Below are positions 31,234 to 41,784 of a stretch of 64,000 nucleotides of DNA, in pieces. The DNA is from an uncultured Alphaproteobacteria bacterium (GTDB taxonomy: Bacteria > Pseudomonadota > Alphaproteobacteria > Rs-D84): the NCBI GenBank assembly GCA_944390835.1, contig CALXQT010000024.1, forward strand, positions 3,037 to 67,036. The letters run 5' to 3'. Made by a program: the position numbers and the translations under genes. Positions within the stretch are counted from its first letter, which is position 1; each line of letters opens with the position of its first letter. The notes under the pieces were generated by a model that was given only the letters and a program-made list of their open reading frames with translations, had not been told where the DNA came from and did no database searches.

Positions 31234-32559
31234 ATGAAAAAGCTATTGTTTGTTTTATGTCTGTTGCCGACAAGTGTTCTTGCTGCAACAGAAAATTGTC
31301 GTACTATGGAAATAGTACCAGAAGAAGAATTAACATTACAGCAGGTTATCGAGTTGGGGCTATGTCGAAATCCAGAAACTGCCTCTGCGTATTTATCTCT
31401 AGAATCAGCAAGGTTTAATAAGAATGCGGGATACGCTCAATATTTACCAAGTGTCAGCGCATCTGGTTCCGCAAGTCTACCATATCGTAATCAAGAATGG
31501 TCTGATTGGTCTTATGGAGCGTCTATTTCTGCATCATATCTGATATTTGACTTTGGTAAAAGATTGTCAGATGTTAATCAATTAATAGATACATGGCGTG
31601 TAACTGGTTTTGATTATAGTGAATCTGTTCAAAATTATGTTTATGGAATAATAGGTGCTTACTATGCATTATTGAATGCTGATGCAGATGTGATTACAGC
31701 GCAGGCAGTAAAGGATGTTTCGCAGACTGCAAAAGATACTGCCGATACAAAGTTTAAAGCAGGGGCCGCTGCAAAAGCAGATGTTTTGAAAGCCGAAGTT
31801 ACGTTATCAAGCAGTATTTTAGATTTGGAACGTGCAAAAAATAATAGAGAAATAGCAAAGGGTAATTTGTTGTCAAAACTTTCGTTCCCAGCGGACCAAG
31901 AAATAAAGATAGCAGATATGTCGTCTGATTTTGGTTCTGAAGCGGAAAACAAGAGTATAGATGATTTGATTGCAGTGGCGCGAGAAAAGCGTCCAGATTT
32001 ATTGCGTGCATCGGCGAATAAGGATGCAGCGTGGCATCGTAGAAATAGTGCTTTCTTATCTAATTTACCAAGTATTTCTGCAAGCGGCAGTTTGTCATGG
32101 AATAATATACCATCTGATGTATTTAATGCAGGTCAAGACGAATGGAGTGGTAGTATAGGTATTCGTGCATCTATGCCAATATTTGCAGGTTTTGCTAATA
32201 TGTATAACGTGCGTTCAGCACAGGCTAATTATGAGAGGGCAAAAGAACAAGAACGTTTAACTACGGATAATGCAATGTTAGACGTATTTACGGCGTATCA
32301 AAATTATAAAACCGCTCAAATGGTTTTAAAACAGACGACGACGTTATTAGAATCTGCCAAGGAATCAGAAAAAGTTACTGCCGGTATGTATAAAGTTGGT
32401 AAAGCAACGATGTTAGACTGGCAAACAGCATTGGCTGATTTAGCAGATGCTCATAAACAGAATAATGCAGCAAAATACGATTTATTTACTAAACGTGCTG
32501 CGCTGGCATTGGCGATAGGTGATATAAAAGAAGGTTTAATGGAGGGAGAAGATGAATAA
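31234..32559 (+). CDS. TolC-family outer-membrane efflux channel with a signal peptide
   Basis: Real start is probably MKKLLFVLCLLPTSVLAA (ATG 31234). Two internal OEP repeats; 3-prime end overlaps the HlyD gene. Confidence 0.75.
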   Translation: MKKLLFVLCLLPTSVLAATENCRTMEIVPEEELTLQQVIELGLCRNPETASAYLSLESARFNKNAGYAQYLPSVSASGSASLPYRNQEWSDWSYGASISASYLIFDFGKRLSDVNQLIDTWRVTGFDYSESVQNYVYGIIGAYYALLNADADVITAQAVKDVSQTAKDTADTKFKAGAAAKADVLKAEVTLSSSILDLERAKNNREIAKGNLLSKLSFPADQEIKIADMSSDFGSEAENKSIDDLIAVAREKRPDLLRASANKDAAWHRRNSAFLSNLPSISASGSLSWNNIPSDVFNAGQDEWSGSIGIRASMPIFAGFANMYNVRSAQANYERAKEQERLTTDNAMLDVFTAYQNYKTAQMVLKQTTTLLESAKESEKVTAGMYKVGKATMLDWQTALADLADAHKQNNAAKYDLFTKRAALALAIGDIKEGLMEGEDE

Positions 32560-33736
32560 AGAAGGAAAGAAAAAAAGAGGCTTTTTTTCGTGGTTATGGC
32601 GTCGCAAATGGTGGATAATTTTATTTGCTCTTGTTGCTGGTATCGCTATATATTTTATGGGCGGAAGCAGTAGCAACCAAGGAACTGGTTTCGCAACAGC
32701 AACGATTACACGTGGTGATTTGAGTCAGGTTGTAACAGCAACAGGTGAAATACAGCCTTTGAATACAATTAATGTCGGATCACAGGTTAGTGGAACAATT
32801 GAAGCAATCTATGTAGACTATAACTCAAAAGTTAAGAAAGGTGATGTATTGCTAAAAATAGAACCGTCTGTATTACAGGCATCTGTTGACGAGGCTTATG
32901 CATCTTTGGTTAGTTCGGAATCACAACGTAACTATGCTAAAAGTGAATATGAACGTAATAAGACCTTATATGAAGCTGGTTACATACCTCTTGCAGATTT
33001 AGAACAATCTCAAACAACATACGAGCAGGCAGAACAGAATGTTAATAAAATGAAATCACAGTATGATCGTGCTGTAACAAACCTTGGGTATGCGACAATT
33101 ACTTCCCCTGTTGATGGTACTGTTATTTCTCGTCAGGTTGATGTTGGACAAACCGTTGCCGCATCTTTCCAAACGCCAGATTTGTTTGAAATCGCAGAAG
33201 ATTTGTCTCAGATGCAAATAGAAACAGCAGTGTCCGAAGCAGATATAGGTATGATAAAAGAAGGTCAAAAGGTAACCTTTACGGTTGATGCATATCCAAC
33301 GCAAACCTTTGAAGGTACCGTAAGGCAAGTTCGTTTGTCACCAACAATTACGTCAAACGTAGTTGTTTATACCGTTGTAATTGATGTTGACAATAGTGAT
33401 TTGCGCTTAAAACCTGGTATGACGGCTTTCGTTACTATATTAATTTCTGAGAAAAACGATATATGGAAAGTACAGAATTCAGCGTTGATTTTACGTAACT
33501 TTGATGGCATTGTCGCAGATGCTGGAGATGCTACACCAAGTACTCATTTAGCAATTCAGCGTATGGTAAACGGCGAACCAACGGTCGTTCTTATTCCTTA
33601 TCAAAAAGGTTTAGTAACAGCAACAGAGACAGAAATTGTTTCTGATGAAATTCAAGAGGGAGACAGAGTAATTTTTGGTAAATATGGTATGTCGTCTTCT
33701 GGTTCTGCTAGCATGCGTATGGGGCCACCAATGTAA
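32552..33736 (+). CDS. HlyD/MacA-family periplasmic adaptor (membrane fusion protein)
   Basis: N-terminal TM, biotinyl/lipoyl-like and coiled-coil hairpin, beta-barrel domains; 394 aa. Confidence 0.8.
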   Translation: MNKEGKKKRGFFSWLWRRKWWIILFALVAGIAIYFMGGSSSNQGTGFATATITRGDLSQVVTATGEIQPLNTINVGSQVSGTIEAIYVDYNSKVKKGDVLLKIEPSVLQASVDEAYASLVSSESQRNYAKSEYERNKTLYEAGYIPLADLEQSQTTYEQAEQNVNKMKSQYDRAVTNLGYATITSPVDGTVISRQVDVGQTVAASFQTPDLFEIAEDLSQMQIETAVSEADIGMIKEGQKVTFTVDAYPTQTFEGTVRQVRLSPTITSNVVVYTVVIDVDNSDLRLKPGMTAFVTILISEKNDIWKVQNSALILRNFDGIVADAGDATPSTHLAIQRMVNGEPTVVLIPYQKGLVTATETEIVSDEIQEGDRVIFGKYGMSSSGSASMRMGPPM

Positions 33737-33784
33737 TAAATTGATAATGGGGCAGGACGCCCCATTTTTTTTATAAAAAGTTTT

Positions 33785-34570
33785 TTGATAAATGATATAA
33801 TTTTGGGAGTAAAGAGAGAATGTAACATGAAGAAAGTAAGAGAAAAAAAGTCAGATATTAATATAATTTCTATGAACAAAATATGTAAAAGTTTCCCAGT
33901 AGAAATGGGTGGGGAACAACAAGTTTTGTTTGATATAACATTCGATGTAAATCAGGGTGAATTTGTTTCTATTATGGGACCGTCCGGTAGCGGTAAATCT
34001 ACATGTATGAACATAATCGGCGCACTTGATACACCAACGAGCGGTACTTATAAGTTATACGGTAAAGATATAACACATTTATCTTCAGATGAGCTGGCCG
34101 TTGTTCGAAACGAATATATCGGTTTCGTTTTTCAGCAATTTAATTTGTTAGCTAAGCGCAGCGTATTGGATAACGTCATGATGCCATTGATGTATCGAGG
34201 GGTTTCTATGTCTGAGCGGATTAAGCGCGCACGTGAAATGTTAAAGCGTGTTGGATTGGAAAAATTTGAATCGTATTTACCAACACAATTGTCGGGTGGT
34301 ATGAAACAAAGAGTTGCGATTGCTCGTGCTCTTGTTGGCAACCCAAAACTTATTCTTGCAGACGAACCCACTGGGGCTTTAGACAGTAAAATGGGAAATG
34401 ACATATTGCAGTTTTTCAAGCAGTTAAATCAAGAAATGGGAATTACAATTGTTATGATTACGCATGAATTTGAAATAGCCCAATATTCAAAACGTCTGAT
34501 TCATATTTATGATGGTCGAATAACTTATGATGGAAAAGTTCCTCGTGATGAACGCGTATTACAAAAATAA
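33785..34570 (+). CDS. ABC transporter ATP-binding protein of MacB/LolD type
   Basis: Walker A GPSGSGKST, signature LSGGMKQR, Walker B LILADEPT. Confidence 0.85.
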   Translation: MINDIILGVKRECNMKKVREKKSDINIISMNKICKSFPVEMGGEQQVLFDITFDVNQGEFVSIMGPSGSGKSTCMNIIGALDTPTSGTYKLYGKDITHLSSDELAVVRNEYIGFVFQQFNLLAKRSVLDNVMMPLMYRGVSMSERIKRAREMLKRVGLEKFESYLPTQLSGGMKQRVAIARALVGNPKLILADEPTGALDSKMGNDILQFFKQLNQEMGITIVMITHEFEIAQYSKRLIHIYDGRITYDGKVPRDERVLQK

Positions 34571-34593
34571 ACAAGTAAAAGTAGGTATATAAA

Positions 34594-35811
34594 ATGACTT
34601 TTAATGATATTATGAAAGAATCTTGGTTATCTATCAGTGGTAATAAGATACGTTCTTTTTTAACGGTTTTGGGTATAGTTATCGGAGTTATGGCAGTCGT
34701 TATTATGGTGGCTGTTGGTGAAACAGTTTCACAGCAAATTAACGATCAATTTTCTTCGCTTGGGACTAATACGATAATGATACGTGCTGGTGCCGCCCAA
34801 AGTGCTGGTGTCAGAACAGGTAATCGTCAGACTTTAACTATTCAAGACGCAGAATTTATAGGAAAGCTACCAGACGTCGCTGCATATAGTCCTGTTCAAA
34901 ATGCTTCGGCTCAGGTTATTTATGGAAATCAGAACTGGGCAACTTCAATGGTTGGTGCATATCCTGGGTATGAACAGGTTCAAAATCTTGAAATGAAATA
35001 TGGAACATTTTTTAACCAGTCGGCAGTTAGAAACGCTTCTACTTACGCTATAATTGGGCCACAGACGGCTGAAGAATTAAATATGCCAGAGAACCCCGTT
35101 GGGGAAATAATTCGTATTCAGAATACCCCTCTTACGATTATAGGCGTTACAAAAGAACGCGGCGATTCAGCAATGGGTAGTCAAGACGATATGATAATCA
35201 TACCTATTACAACGTTAAAAAAGCGGTTGCAAGGAAGCCGTTTTCCAAATTCTGTTAGTATGGTTACATTGAAGTTGAACGAAGGTGCTGATAATGCGCT
35301 GGTAATAGAACAGATAACTGCCCTACTTCGAGACCGTCATAATCTTGCAGATGATGCTGCAGATGACTTTCAGATCATGGATATGAAACAGATGATGGAG
35401 GCAATGGACACTGTTACTGGTTATATGACACTATTATTGGTCGCTATTGCTGCCGTATCATTGCTTGTAGGATCGATAGGTATTATGAATATGATGCTTG
35501 TATCTGTTGCTGAACGTACACGTGAAATTGGAATAAGAAAAGCAATCGGTGCAAGAGAAAGGCATATTATTATTCAATTCTTGTCAGAGGCGATATTAAT
35601 ATCTTTTATGGGGTCTATGGCAGGGTTGTTGTTCGGTGTCGGTCTGTCACAGGGCATAGGGCGTTTCGTTTTAGGTTATGAAGTTCCTTTTAGCGCGTGG
35701 CCAGTTGTAGTTTCTGTAACTGTTGCGGTTGTTGTTGGATTGGCATCTGGTGTTATGCCGGCTATGAAAGCGGCAAAGTTGAATCCGATTGATAGTTTAA
35801 GATACGAATAA
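34594..35811 (+). CDS. ABC transporter permease of FtsX/MacB type (4 TM plus a large periplasmic domain)
   Basis: MacB_PCD-like periplasmic domain between TM1 and TM2 and a C-terminal FtsX domain; 405 aa. Confidence 0.85.
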   Translation: MTFNDIMKESWLSISGNKIRSFLTVLGIVIGVMAVVIMVAVGETVSQQINDQFSSLGTNTIMIRAGAAQSAGVRTGNRQTLTIQDAEFIGKLPDVAAYSPVQNASAQVIYGNQNWATSMVGAYPGYEQVQNLEMKYGTFFNQSAVRNASTYAIIGPQTAEELNMPENPVGEIIRIQNTPLTIIGVTKERGDSAMGSQDDMIIIPITTLKKRLQGSRFPNSVSMVTLKLNEGADNALVIEQITALLRDRHNLADDAADDFQIMDMKQMMEAMDTVTGYMTLLLVAIAAVSLLVGSIGIMNMMLVSVAERTREIGIRKAIGARERHIIIQFLSEAILISFMGSMAGLLFGVGLSQGIGRFVLGYEVPFSAWPVVVSVTVAVVVGLASGVMPAMKAAKLNPIDSLRYE

Positions 35812-35839
35812 AAAATACCCGCATTGCGGGTATTTTTTA
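35811..35839. terminator. Bidirectional terminator AAAAAATACCCGCATTGCGGGTATTTTTT
   Basis: Hairpin between the permease(+) and gpsA(-). Confidence 0.7.
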
Positions 35840-36703
35840 CGATAAATTCATCTTCTTTTGCATCTCAATTAATACAGGTGTTTTTATACCAAGGTTGTGT
35901 GCACGCTGAATTAGACCCGCCAAAGCAAAAATCCCCTCTACGGTACCTTCTGGTTTTTCGCCTTTGGCTATTGCTATGCCCCCAGCAAAATTTCGGCTTG
36001 TCGCAGATGTCGCAGATAAAAATAGGTCCCCTATTCCACATAAATCTAAGAATGTAGCCATTTTTGCCCCACTCTTTAAACCTATTTCCATAACCTCGTT
36101 CCATGCACGAGTAAATATCATTGCTCGTTCGTTTTCACCGGCCGCCGCAATAAAGTTATAACCGCATATTAATGCAACGGCGTTTTTACCAACTCCGCAC
36201 ATTTCTGCTCCGATTATGTCATCGCTTGCATTAAGGTATAATAAATTTAATATCTTTTTACCCGTTTCGATTGCTTTTGGATTTCCAGCTAAGGTGCTAC
36301 CTGTTGGAACACCGCGTGCAACCTCTGCTGCAAATTGCGGACCAGATAAAACGCCATAGTTTTCGGCTTCGGGTAGTTCTGTTTTTATTATTTCAGACAT
36401 AAAGTCGCCAGTTGAACTTTCTGCACCTTTGGTACAAATAATTATAGTTTGTTTTTTATATACTGCCTTTGCTTTACGAATAGTTTCACGAAAAAAAGCG
36501 GCGGGCGTTACAATTAACCAGGCTTCGCATTCACCTATTTTAGCCATTTCACTGGTTATACTTAAATTATTTGGCATTTTAACGCCATCAAATTCTTTTA
36601 ATAATCCGTCATAAGACCATAAAATAACATCAGATCCACCGCGGGCGGATATTATTGCCAGCGCTGTTCCCCATGCGCCTGCACCTATTACACCAACTTT
36701 CAT
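35837..36703 (-). CDS. gpsA: Glycerol-3-phosphate dehydrogenase [NAD(P)+]
   Basis: MKVGVIGAGAWGTALA Rossmann N-terminus; 288 aa. Confidence 0.9.
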   Translation of the reverse strand: MKVGVIGAGAWGTALAIISARGGSDVILWSYDGLLKEFDGVKMPNNLSITSEMAKIGECEAWLIVTPAAFFRETIRKAKAVYKKQTIIICTKGAESSTGDFMSEIIKTELPEAENYGVLSGPQFAAEVARGVPTGSTLAGNPKAIETGKKILNLLYLNASDDIIGAEMCGVGKNAVALICGYNFIAAAGENERAMIFTRAWNEVMEIGLKSGAKMATFLDLCGIGDLFLSATSATSRNFAGGIAIAKGEKPEGTVEGIFALAGLIQRAHNLGIKTPVLIEMQKKMNLS

Positions 36704-38316
36704 CTTATTTCCCTTAACTTTTTTTGGATTTTTTTGACGATAACTAAACCATCGTCAGATAATTCAATAGCACGTAAATACGCATCTTTTGCTAATTTTT
36801 CATCTCCTGCAGCAACGTATAAATCACCAAGTTGTTCAAACAACGATGAACAGGAAATAGAAATCTCACCAACACGTGCAAGTACATTTAATGCGGGTTC
36901 AACACCTTCGCGAACCGTTATTACGCGCGCCAACGTATCCCATGCAATAATGTCTGTAGGATCCTGTTTAACCAGCGTCATGGCGTAATCATACGCGTTT
37001 TCTATCTCGCGACCTTGTGAAGCCCATATTTTTGCTTGTAAGGCTAAGATTTCCCCGTCTAGCGGCAGGGTTTGTGATGCCTCGTGTAAATCCGTTTGAG
37101 CTTTGTCTAAGTCACCAAAAACATAATATATATGCGCCCTGCTCTTTAAAAAGAATGCACGACCCAATTCTGTCAAATTTTCATCATCTAAGGCCATGTT
37201 TACAATATTAAGAGCCTTACGCTGATTATTGTTTTGAATATTATAAGCAATTAATTTGTTTATAGCAGGAACAAATAAAGGATTTTCTTTAACCGCGTTT
37301 TTTAAAACATGTATATTGTCAGTTTTTTCTGCCTGGCGTAATATCGCAAATAAATAAAACGGGCTGTTTTTTGTAATGTTTTGAAAATATGCGTCAAAGT
37401 CCCCTTTGTTGTTATAGAAGAACTGCCCTAAATAATAATCTATAGCATCGCTTTTTTTGCCGAAGTCGGGACTAGTTATTTGTGCAAAACGTAACAACAA
37501 AATAGATAAATCAGAATACATCATGATTTGAGTATGAGAAACAGTTTGCACTAAACTAAAAGCTAATTCGTTTTTCTCGCCAGAAAACATTGACCAATCC
37601 GGTATATTTTTATAATCCAACATATACATTCCGCCGGGACGAGAAGTAAAATCATCGTGTAGTTTATTTGCCGCCTCTGTCAGATTATTATGTTGATAAA
37701 ACGACATCAAATACAAATAATCGTTAATATTCATAAAATCCACTCTGACATTTTCGAATGCTTCTTTAGCATTTTCTATATCACCTGTTTCTGCATATAT
37801 TTGACCTGATATAAAATTTTGCCAAGATGCATTTGTCGGCAAGGTTTTTATGAATTTTAAAGCGTCTTTTTCTTTCCCCGTCGCTACAGATGCCCATATA
37901 CGAAGTGGTGCCGCCAAAGCAGATTCGTCTTTTTTATGTCGCTGATATAATTCTTTCCATTTATCGTTTTTTACAAGATAAGCGTCATAAATCAATCGCG
38001 AAGCAGCGTTTTTTTCTTCTTCAAGAACTTCAACCCCATCTGGCATATCTCCGCTTAGGAACTGAGATAAAAACTTTGTCGATTGAACGATTGGGTATTC
38101 TGTATCTGTTAATTGTGCGGAAAACTTTGACGCATTTTCAAAATCATTAACATAAATAGCGTGCTGGGCAGCCAAAAAAGCCCCATATTTATTTTCTGGA
38201 TAAATGTGATTATTAATATTGGAATCAGCATAATGTTGATTCCAAACAGCACCACTAACAACTATAACGGCGGCGATTAATAATGCGCCTATAAATAACG
38301 TTTCTGCTTTTTTCAT
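36700..38316 (-). CDS. Membrane-anchored TPR-repeat protein (538 aa)
   Basis: N-terminal TM followed by multiple TPR-like helical repeats. The stop overlaps the gpsA start. Confidence 0.55.
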   Translation of the reverse strand: MKKAETLFIGALLIAAVIVVSGAVWNQHYADSNINNHIYPENKYGAFLAAQHAIYVNDFENASKFSAQLTDTEYPIVQSTKFLSQFLSGDMPDGVEVLEEEKNAASRLIYDAYLVKNDKWKELYQRHKKDESALAAPLRIWASVATGKEKDALKFIKTLPTNASWQNFISGQIYAETGDIENAKEAFENVRVDFMNINDYLYLMSFYQHNNLTEAANKLHDDFTSRPGGMYMLDYKNIPDWSMFSGEKNELAFSLVQTVSHTQIMMYSDLSILLLRFAQITSPDFGKKSDAIDYYLGQFFYNNKGDFDAYFQNITKNSPFYLFAILRQAEKTDNIHVLKNAVKENPLFVPAINKLIAYNIQNNNQRKALNIVNMALDDENLTELGRAFFLKSRAHIYYVFGDLDKAQTDLHEASQTLPLDGEILALQAKIWASQGREIENAYDYAMTLVKQDPTDIIAWDTLARVITVREGVEPALNVLARVGEISISCSSLFEQLGDLYVAAGDEKLAKDAYLRAIELSDDGLVIVKKIQKKLREIR

Positions 38317-38342
38317 AGTAAAAATATGCTACAATAATATTT

Positions 38343-38900
38343 ATGAATAATAAAGCGAAATTTAATCGATATGCGGAATTATTAATAGATTGGTCAAAGC
38401 GTATGAATTTGGTGGCCCCAAGCACGCTGACGGATATAGAATCAAGGCATTTTGCTGACAGTGCTCAATTATCTGACGTTTTGCCCAAAAATGCTAAAAT
38501 CGTTGATTTAGGCAGTGGCGCCGGCTTTCCTGGAGTTGTTTTGGCTATTCTTGGTTGGCAAGTAGTTTGTATAGAATCTATTGGTAAGAAGATTGCTTTT
38601 TTAAATACATTAAAATCAGATTTGGAACTTGATAATTTAACAATTTATCATGGTCGTGTAGAACATTATATTTCTGACCTGCCCCGTGATGATAAAATTG
38701 TTTTTACTGCTCGGGCATTTGCGCCGTTGGTAAAAATTATGGATTATGTTGCAAAAACACCATATCCTCTTTTTTTGTTAAAAGGCCGGGAAGTATCGGC
38801 AGAAATAGATGTCGCAAAGCGTAAATATAAGTTTGATTATGAATTAATACCATCAAAAACAGGCGATGGCTTTATAACAATTATACGAAAATACCGGTAG
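38343..38900 (+). CDS. rsmG: 16S rRNA (guanine527-N7)-methyltransferase RsmG (GidB)
   Basis: SAM motif VDLGSGAGFPGVVLAI; 185 aa. Confidence 0.85.
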   Translation: MNNKAKFNRYAELLIDWSKRMNLVAPSTLTDIESRHFADSAQLSDVLPKNAKIVDLGSGAGFPGVVLAILGWQVVCIESIGKKIAFLNTLKSDLELDNLTIYHGRVEHYISDLPRDDKIVFTARAFAPLVKIMDYVAKTPYPLFLLKGREVSAEIDVAKRKYKFDYELIPSKTGDGFITIIRKYR

Positions 38901-38913
38901 TTTCATATGAAAC
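38898..38913. promoter_or_regulatory. parS-like palindrome TAGTTTCATATGAAAC (copy 1; overlaps the rsmG stop codon)
   Basis: 14-bp perfect palindrome GTTTCATATGAAAC. Compare the canonical parS TGTTTCACGTGAAACA. Confidence 0.45.
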
Positions 38914-38932
38914 AAATTATATTTATTTGATA

Positions 38933-39847
38933 TTAGTGCGTTTTTTGATTTGATAAAATTAATTGATTTTTGCCGGCAATTGCACACACTAACGAGTCTA
39001 TGGTGTTTAGCATTTTGTTTTTTTGTTCCTGGCTTGCGGCGTTCCACAAATTAACGCTGCCTGCCCTGCTTTCAAATTGCCATAAGGGGGCCCATAAATT
39101 TAATCGAGGGTTGAATAAAAATTTATTATATTCATTACAAAGATTGTTTGTGACGTATATACCTGGCTTTTGAGTTTGTATCGCATTATAAATGCTTGTT
39201 TTGTATAAACCGCGATTTATTTCGTTTAGAAATTGTTCGGTCGCACATTGAATGATTATATCGGCAATTTGTTGATTATTAAAATCTAGCGGCCATTGTA
39301 AATTTTGTTTTTTTGCCTCGGTAATAATAAGCCGGTCTGCTTTTTTTATAAACTTTCTGTTGCTGGGAATAGGTAATTTCATTTCGTACCTATAATCAAG
39401 CGCTTCTATGATTTCAGCGGCCGGTGCGATGATTTCGCTTTGTGCAGCAATCATACCACGTGTCTTTGGCGAATAGTACCATAGGTTTTTTGTTATGTTG
39501 GCTTTTCGGGCATGCTCTTTTTCGTGTCTTAAAACTAATGTTGCCTGAGCATTGTTGTTGTTACAGAAACGAACGGTTCGAGGATTTGTGCTATTGGTTT
39601 CAAAGTGCTTTATAATTATTTTACCAGAATTAGGTAAAAAAACACCAAGCGCAATTATATCATCGCTATATACCATTTGATCGGTGACCCAAACGGTATC
39701 TGTTTGCACTGATATAGTTTTTTTTAAATATTTAGTCCCAGTATTTTCCGGCTTTTTGGTGTTGTTGTTTAGTGCATATAAACCAAGCCCTGTTCCATAA
39801 CAAAGCAAAACCGTTGCCGCAAAAGAATAAAGGTGCTTAAATTTCAC
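38933..39847 (-). CDS. Hypothetical secreted protein (304 aa) with an HEKEH (HExxH-like) motif
   Basis: N-terminal signal peptide (ATVLLCYGTGLGLYA). Opposite strand to the flanking rsmG and parA. Bounded by the two parS-like palindromes. Confidence 0.5.
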   Translation of the reverse strand: MKFKHLYSFAATVLLCYGTGLGLYALNNNTKKPENTGTKYLKKTISVQTDTVWVTDQMVYSDDIIALGVFLPNSGKIIIKHFETNSTNPRTVRFCNNNNAQATLVLRHEKEHARKANITKNLWYYSPKTRGMIAAQSEIIAPAAEIIEALDYRYEMKLPIPSNRKFIKKADRLIITEAKKQNLQWPLDFNNQQIADIIIQCATEQFLNEINRGLYKTSIYNAIQTQKPGIYVTNNLCNEYNKFLFNPRLNLWAPLWQFESRAGSVNLWNAASQEQKNKMLNTIDSLVCAIAGKNQLILSNQKTH

Positions 39848-39893
39848 ATCTTTAACGTATATCTAAAAAACAATTTTGTCAACTATGTTGTTT

Positions 39894-39909
39894 AGTTTCA
39901 TATGAAACT
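39894..39909. promoter_or_regulatory. parS-like 16-bp perfect palindrome AGTTTCATATGAAACT (copy 2), upstream of parA
   Basis: Identical 14-bp core to copy 1; about 130 bp upstream of the parA start. Confidence 0.45.
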
Positions 39910-40040
39910 TTGTGTAGTAATTTGTTTTTTGTGTATTTTTTTATTTTAAATATTATTGCCTTGACTGAATTGTTTGCTTTATTCTATTCTTTAAACGAAC
40001 AAGATATTAAATGTTTTTACTGTTGATGGAAGAAGGATAG

Positions 40041-40811
<771 letters not shown>

Positions 40812-41687
40812 ATGTCTAAATTTGGTTTGGGGCGCGGTTTGGCAGATTTAAACAAAGAAATGGGTACAATACCAGACATTTCGATATTAACTGGGGTCGA
40901 GCGTGTAGTTGTAAAGCAAATTCCTTTAGCACAAATTGGCGCTAATCCAGATCAGCCGCGTAAGGTTTTTAAGGAATCAGAATTAAGTGATTTGGCTGCT
41001 TCTATAAAAGAAAAGGGAGTTTTGCAACCCATATTATTACGTGCAGTTTCTGGACGACCATATATGTATGAAATTGTCGCTGGAGAGCGTCGTTTTCGCG
41101 CCAGTAAATTAGCAGGATTGACGGAAATTCCGGCATTGATAAAACAAATTACACCAGAAAATGCGATGGAAATAGCCCTGATTGAAAACGTTCAACGAGA
41201 GAATCTAAATCCAATAGAAGAGGGTAATGCATATAAAAATATAATGGAGAAATGTGGTTATGAATTATCAGACGTTGCACGTCTGATAGGGAAGTCTGAA
41301 AGTTATATAAAAAATATTATGCGATTGGATCCTTTGCCAGTTGATGTTAAGCAAATGGTTGAAAACGGTGATTTGTCCGCATCGCATGCGCGTGTATTAG
41401 TTGTTGCAGAAAATCCGTCGGAATTAGCGAGGATAATTTTTGATAAAAAGCTATCTGTTGCAGAAACAGAAAAACTTGTAAAAGGTGTTAATCGTAGACC
41501 CAGCAGTAGAGCATACGTTGCAAAAACAATAGATGCTGATACTGTTCGTGAAATCGAATCGAAAATTTCTAAAAGATTGGGTGTAAAAGTAAAATTGCAA
41601 GAAAGAAAGGGTGGAGCAGGGCAGATTGTTTTATCCTTTGCTACACGCGTTCAAATGCAGGAATTAGTAGACAAACTTACCAGATAA
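40812..41687 (+). CDS. parB: Chromosome-partitioning protein ParB
   Basis: ParB box GERRFRA, HTH, C-terminal dimerisation domain; 291 aa. Confidence 0.9.
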   Translation: MSKFGLGRGLADLNKEMGTIPDISILTGVERVVVKQIPLAQIGANPDQPRKVFKESELSDLAASIKEKGVLQPILLRAVSGRPYMYEIVAGERRFRASKLAGLTEIPALIKQITPENAMEIALIENVQRENLNPIEEGNAYKNIMEKCGYELSDVARLIGKSESYIKNIMRLDPLPVDVKQMVENGDLSASHARVLVVAENPSELARIIFDKKLSVAETEKLVKGVNRRPSSRAYVAKTIDADTVREIESKISKRLGVKVKLQERKGGAGQIVLSFATRVQMQELVDKLTR

Positions 41688-41712
41688 AAAACCGGTAAAT
41701 ACCGGTTTTTTT
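41686..41712 (+). terminator. Terminator after parB: A7 CCGGTAAATACCGG T7
   Basis: Perfect hairpin. Confidence 0.7.
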
Positions 41713-41742
41713 ATTGTCGAATATTCGCTGTTTTATAAAATA

Positions 41743-41773
41743 AAAAAAATACCGGCCAATGCCGGTATTTTTT
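41743..41773 (-). terminator. Terminator after pal: ATACCGGCCAATGCCGGTAT flanked by A/T tracts
   Basis: Perfect hairpin. Confidence 0.65.
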
Positions 41774-41784
41774 ACAATTAAATA

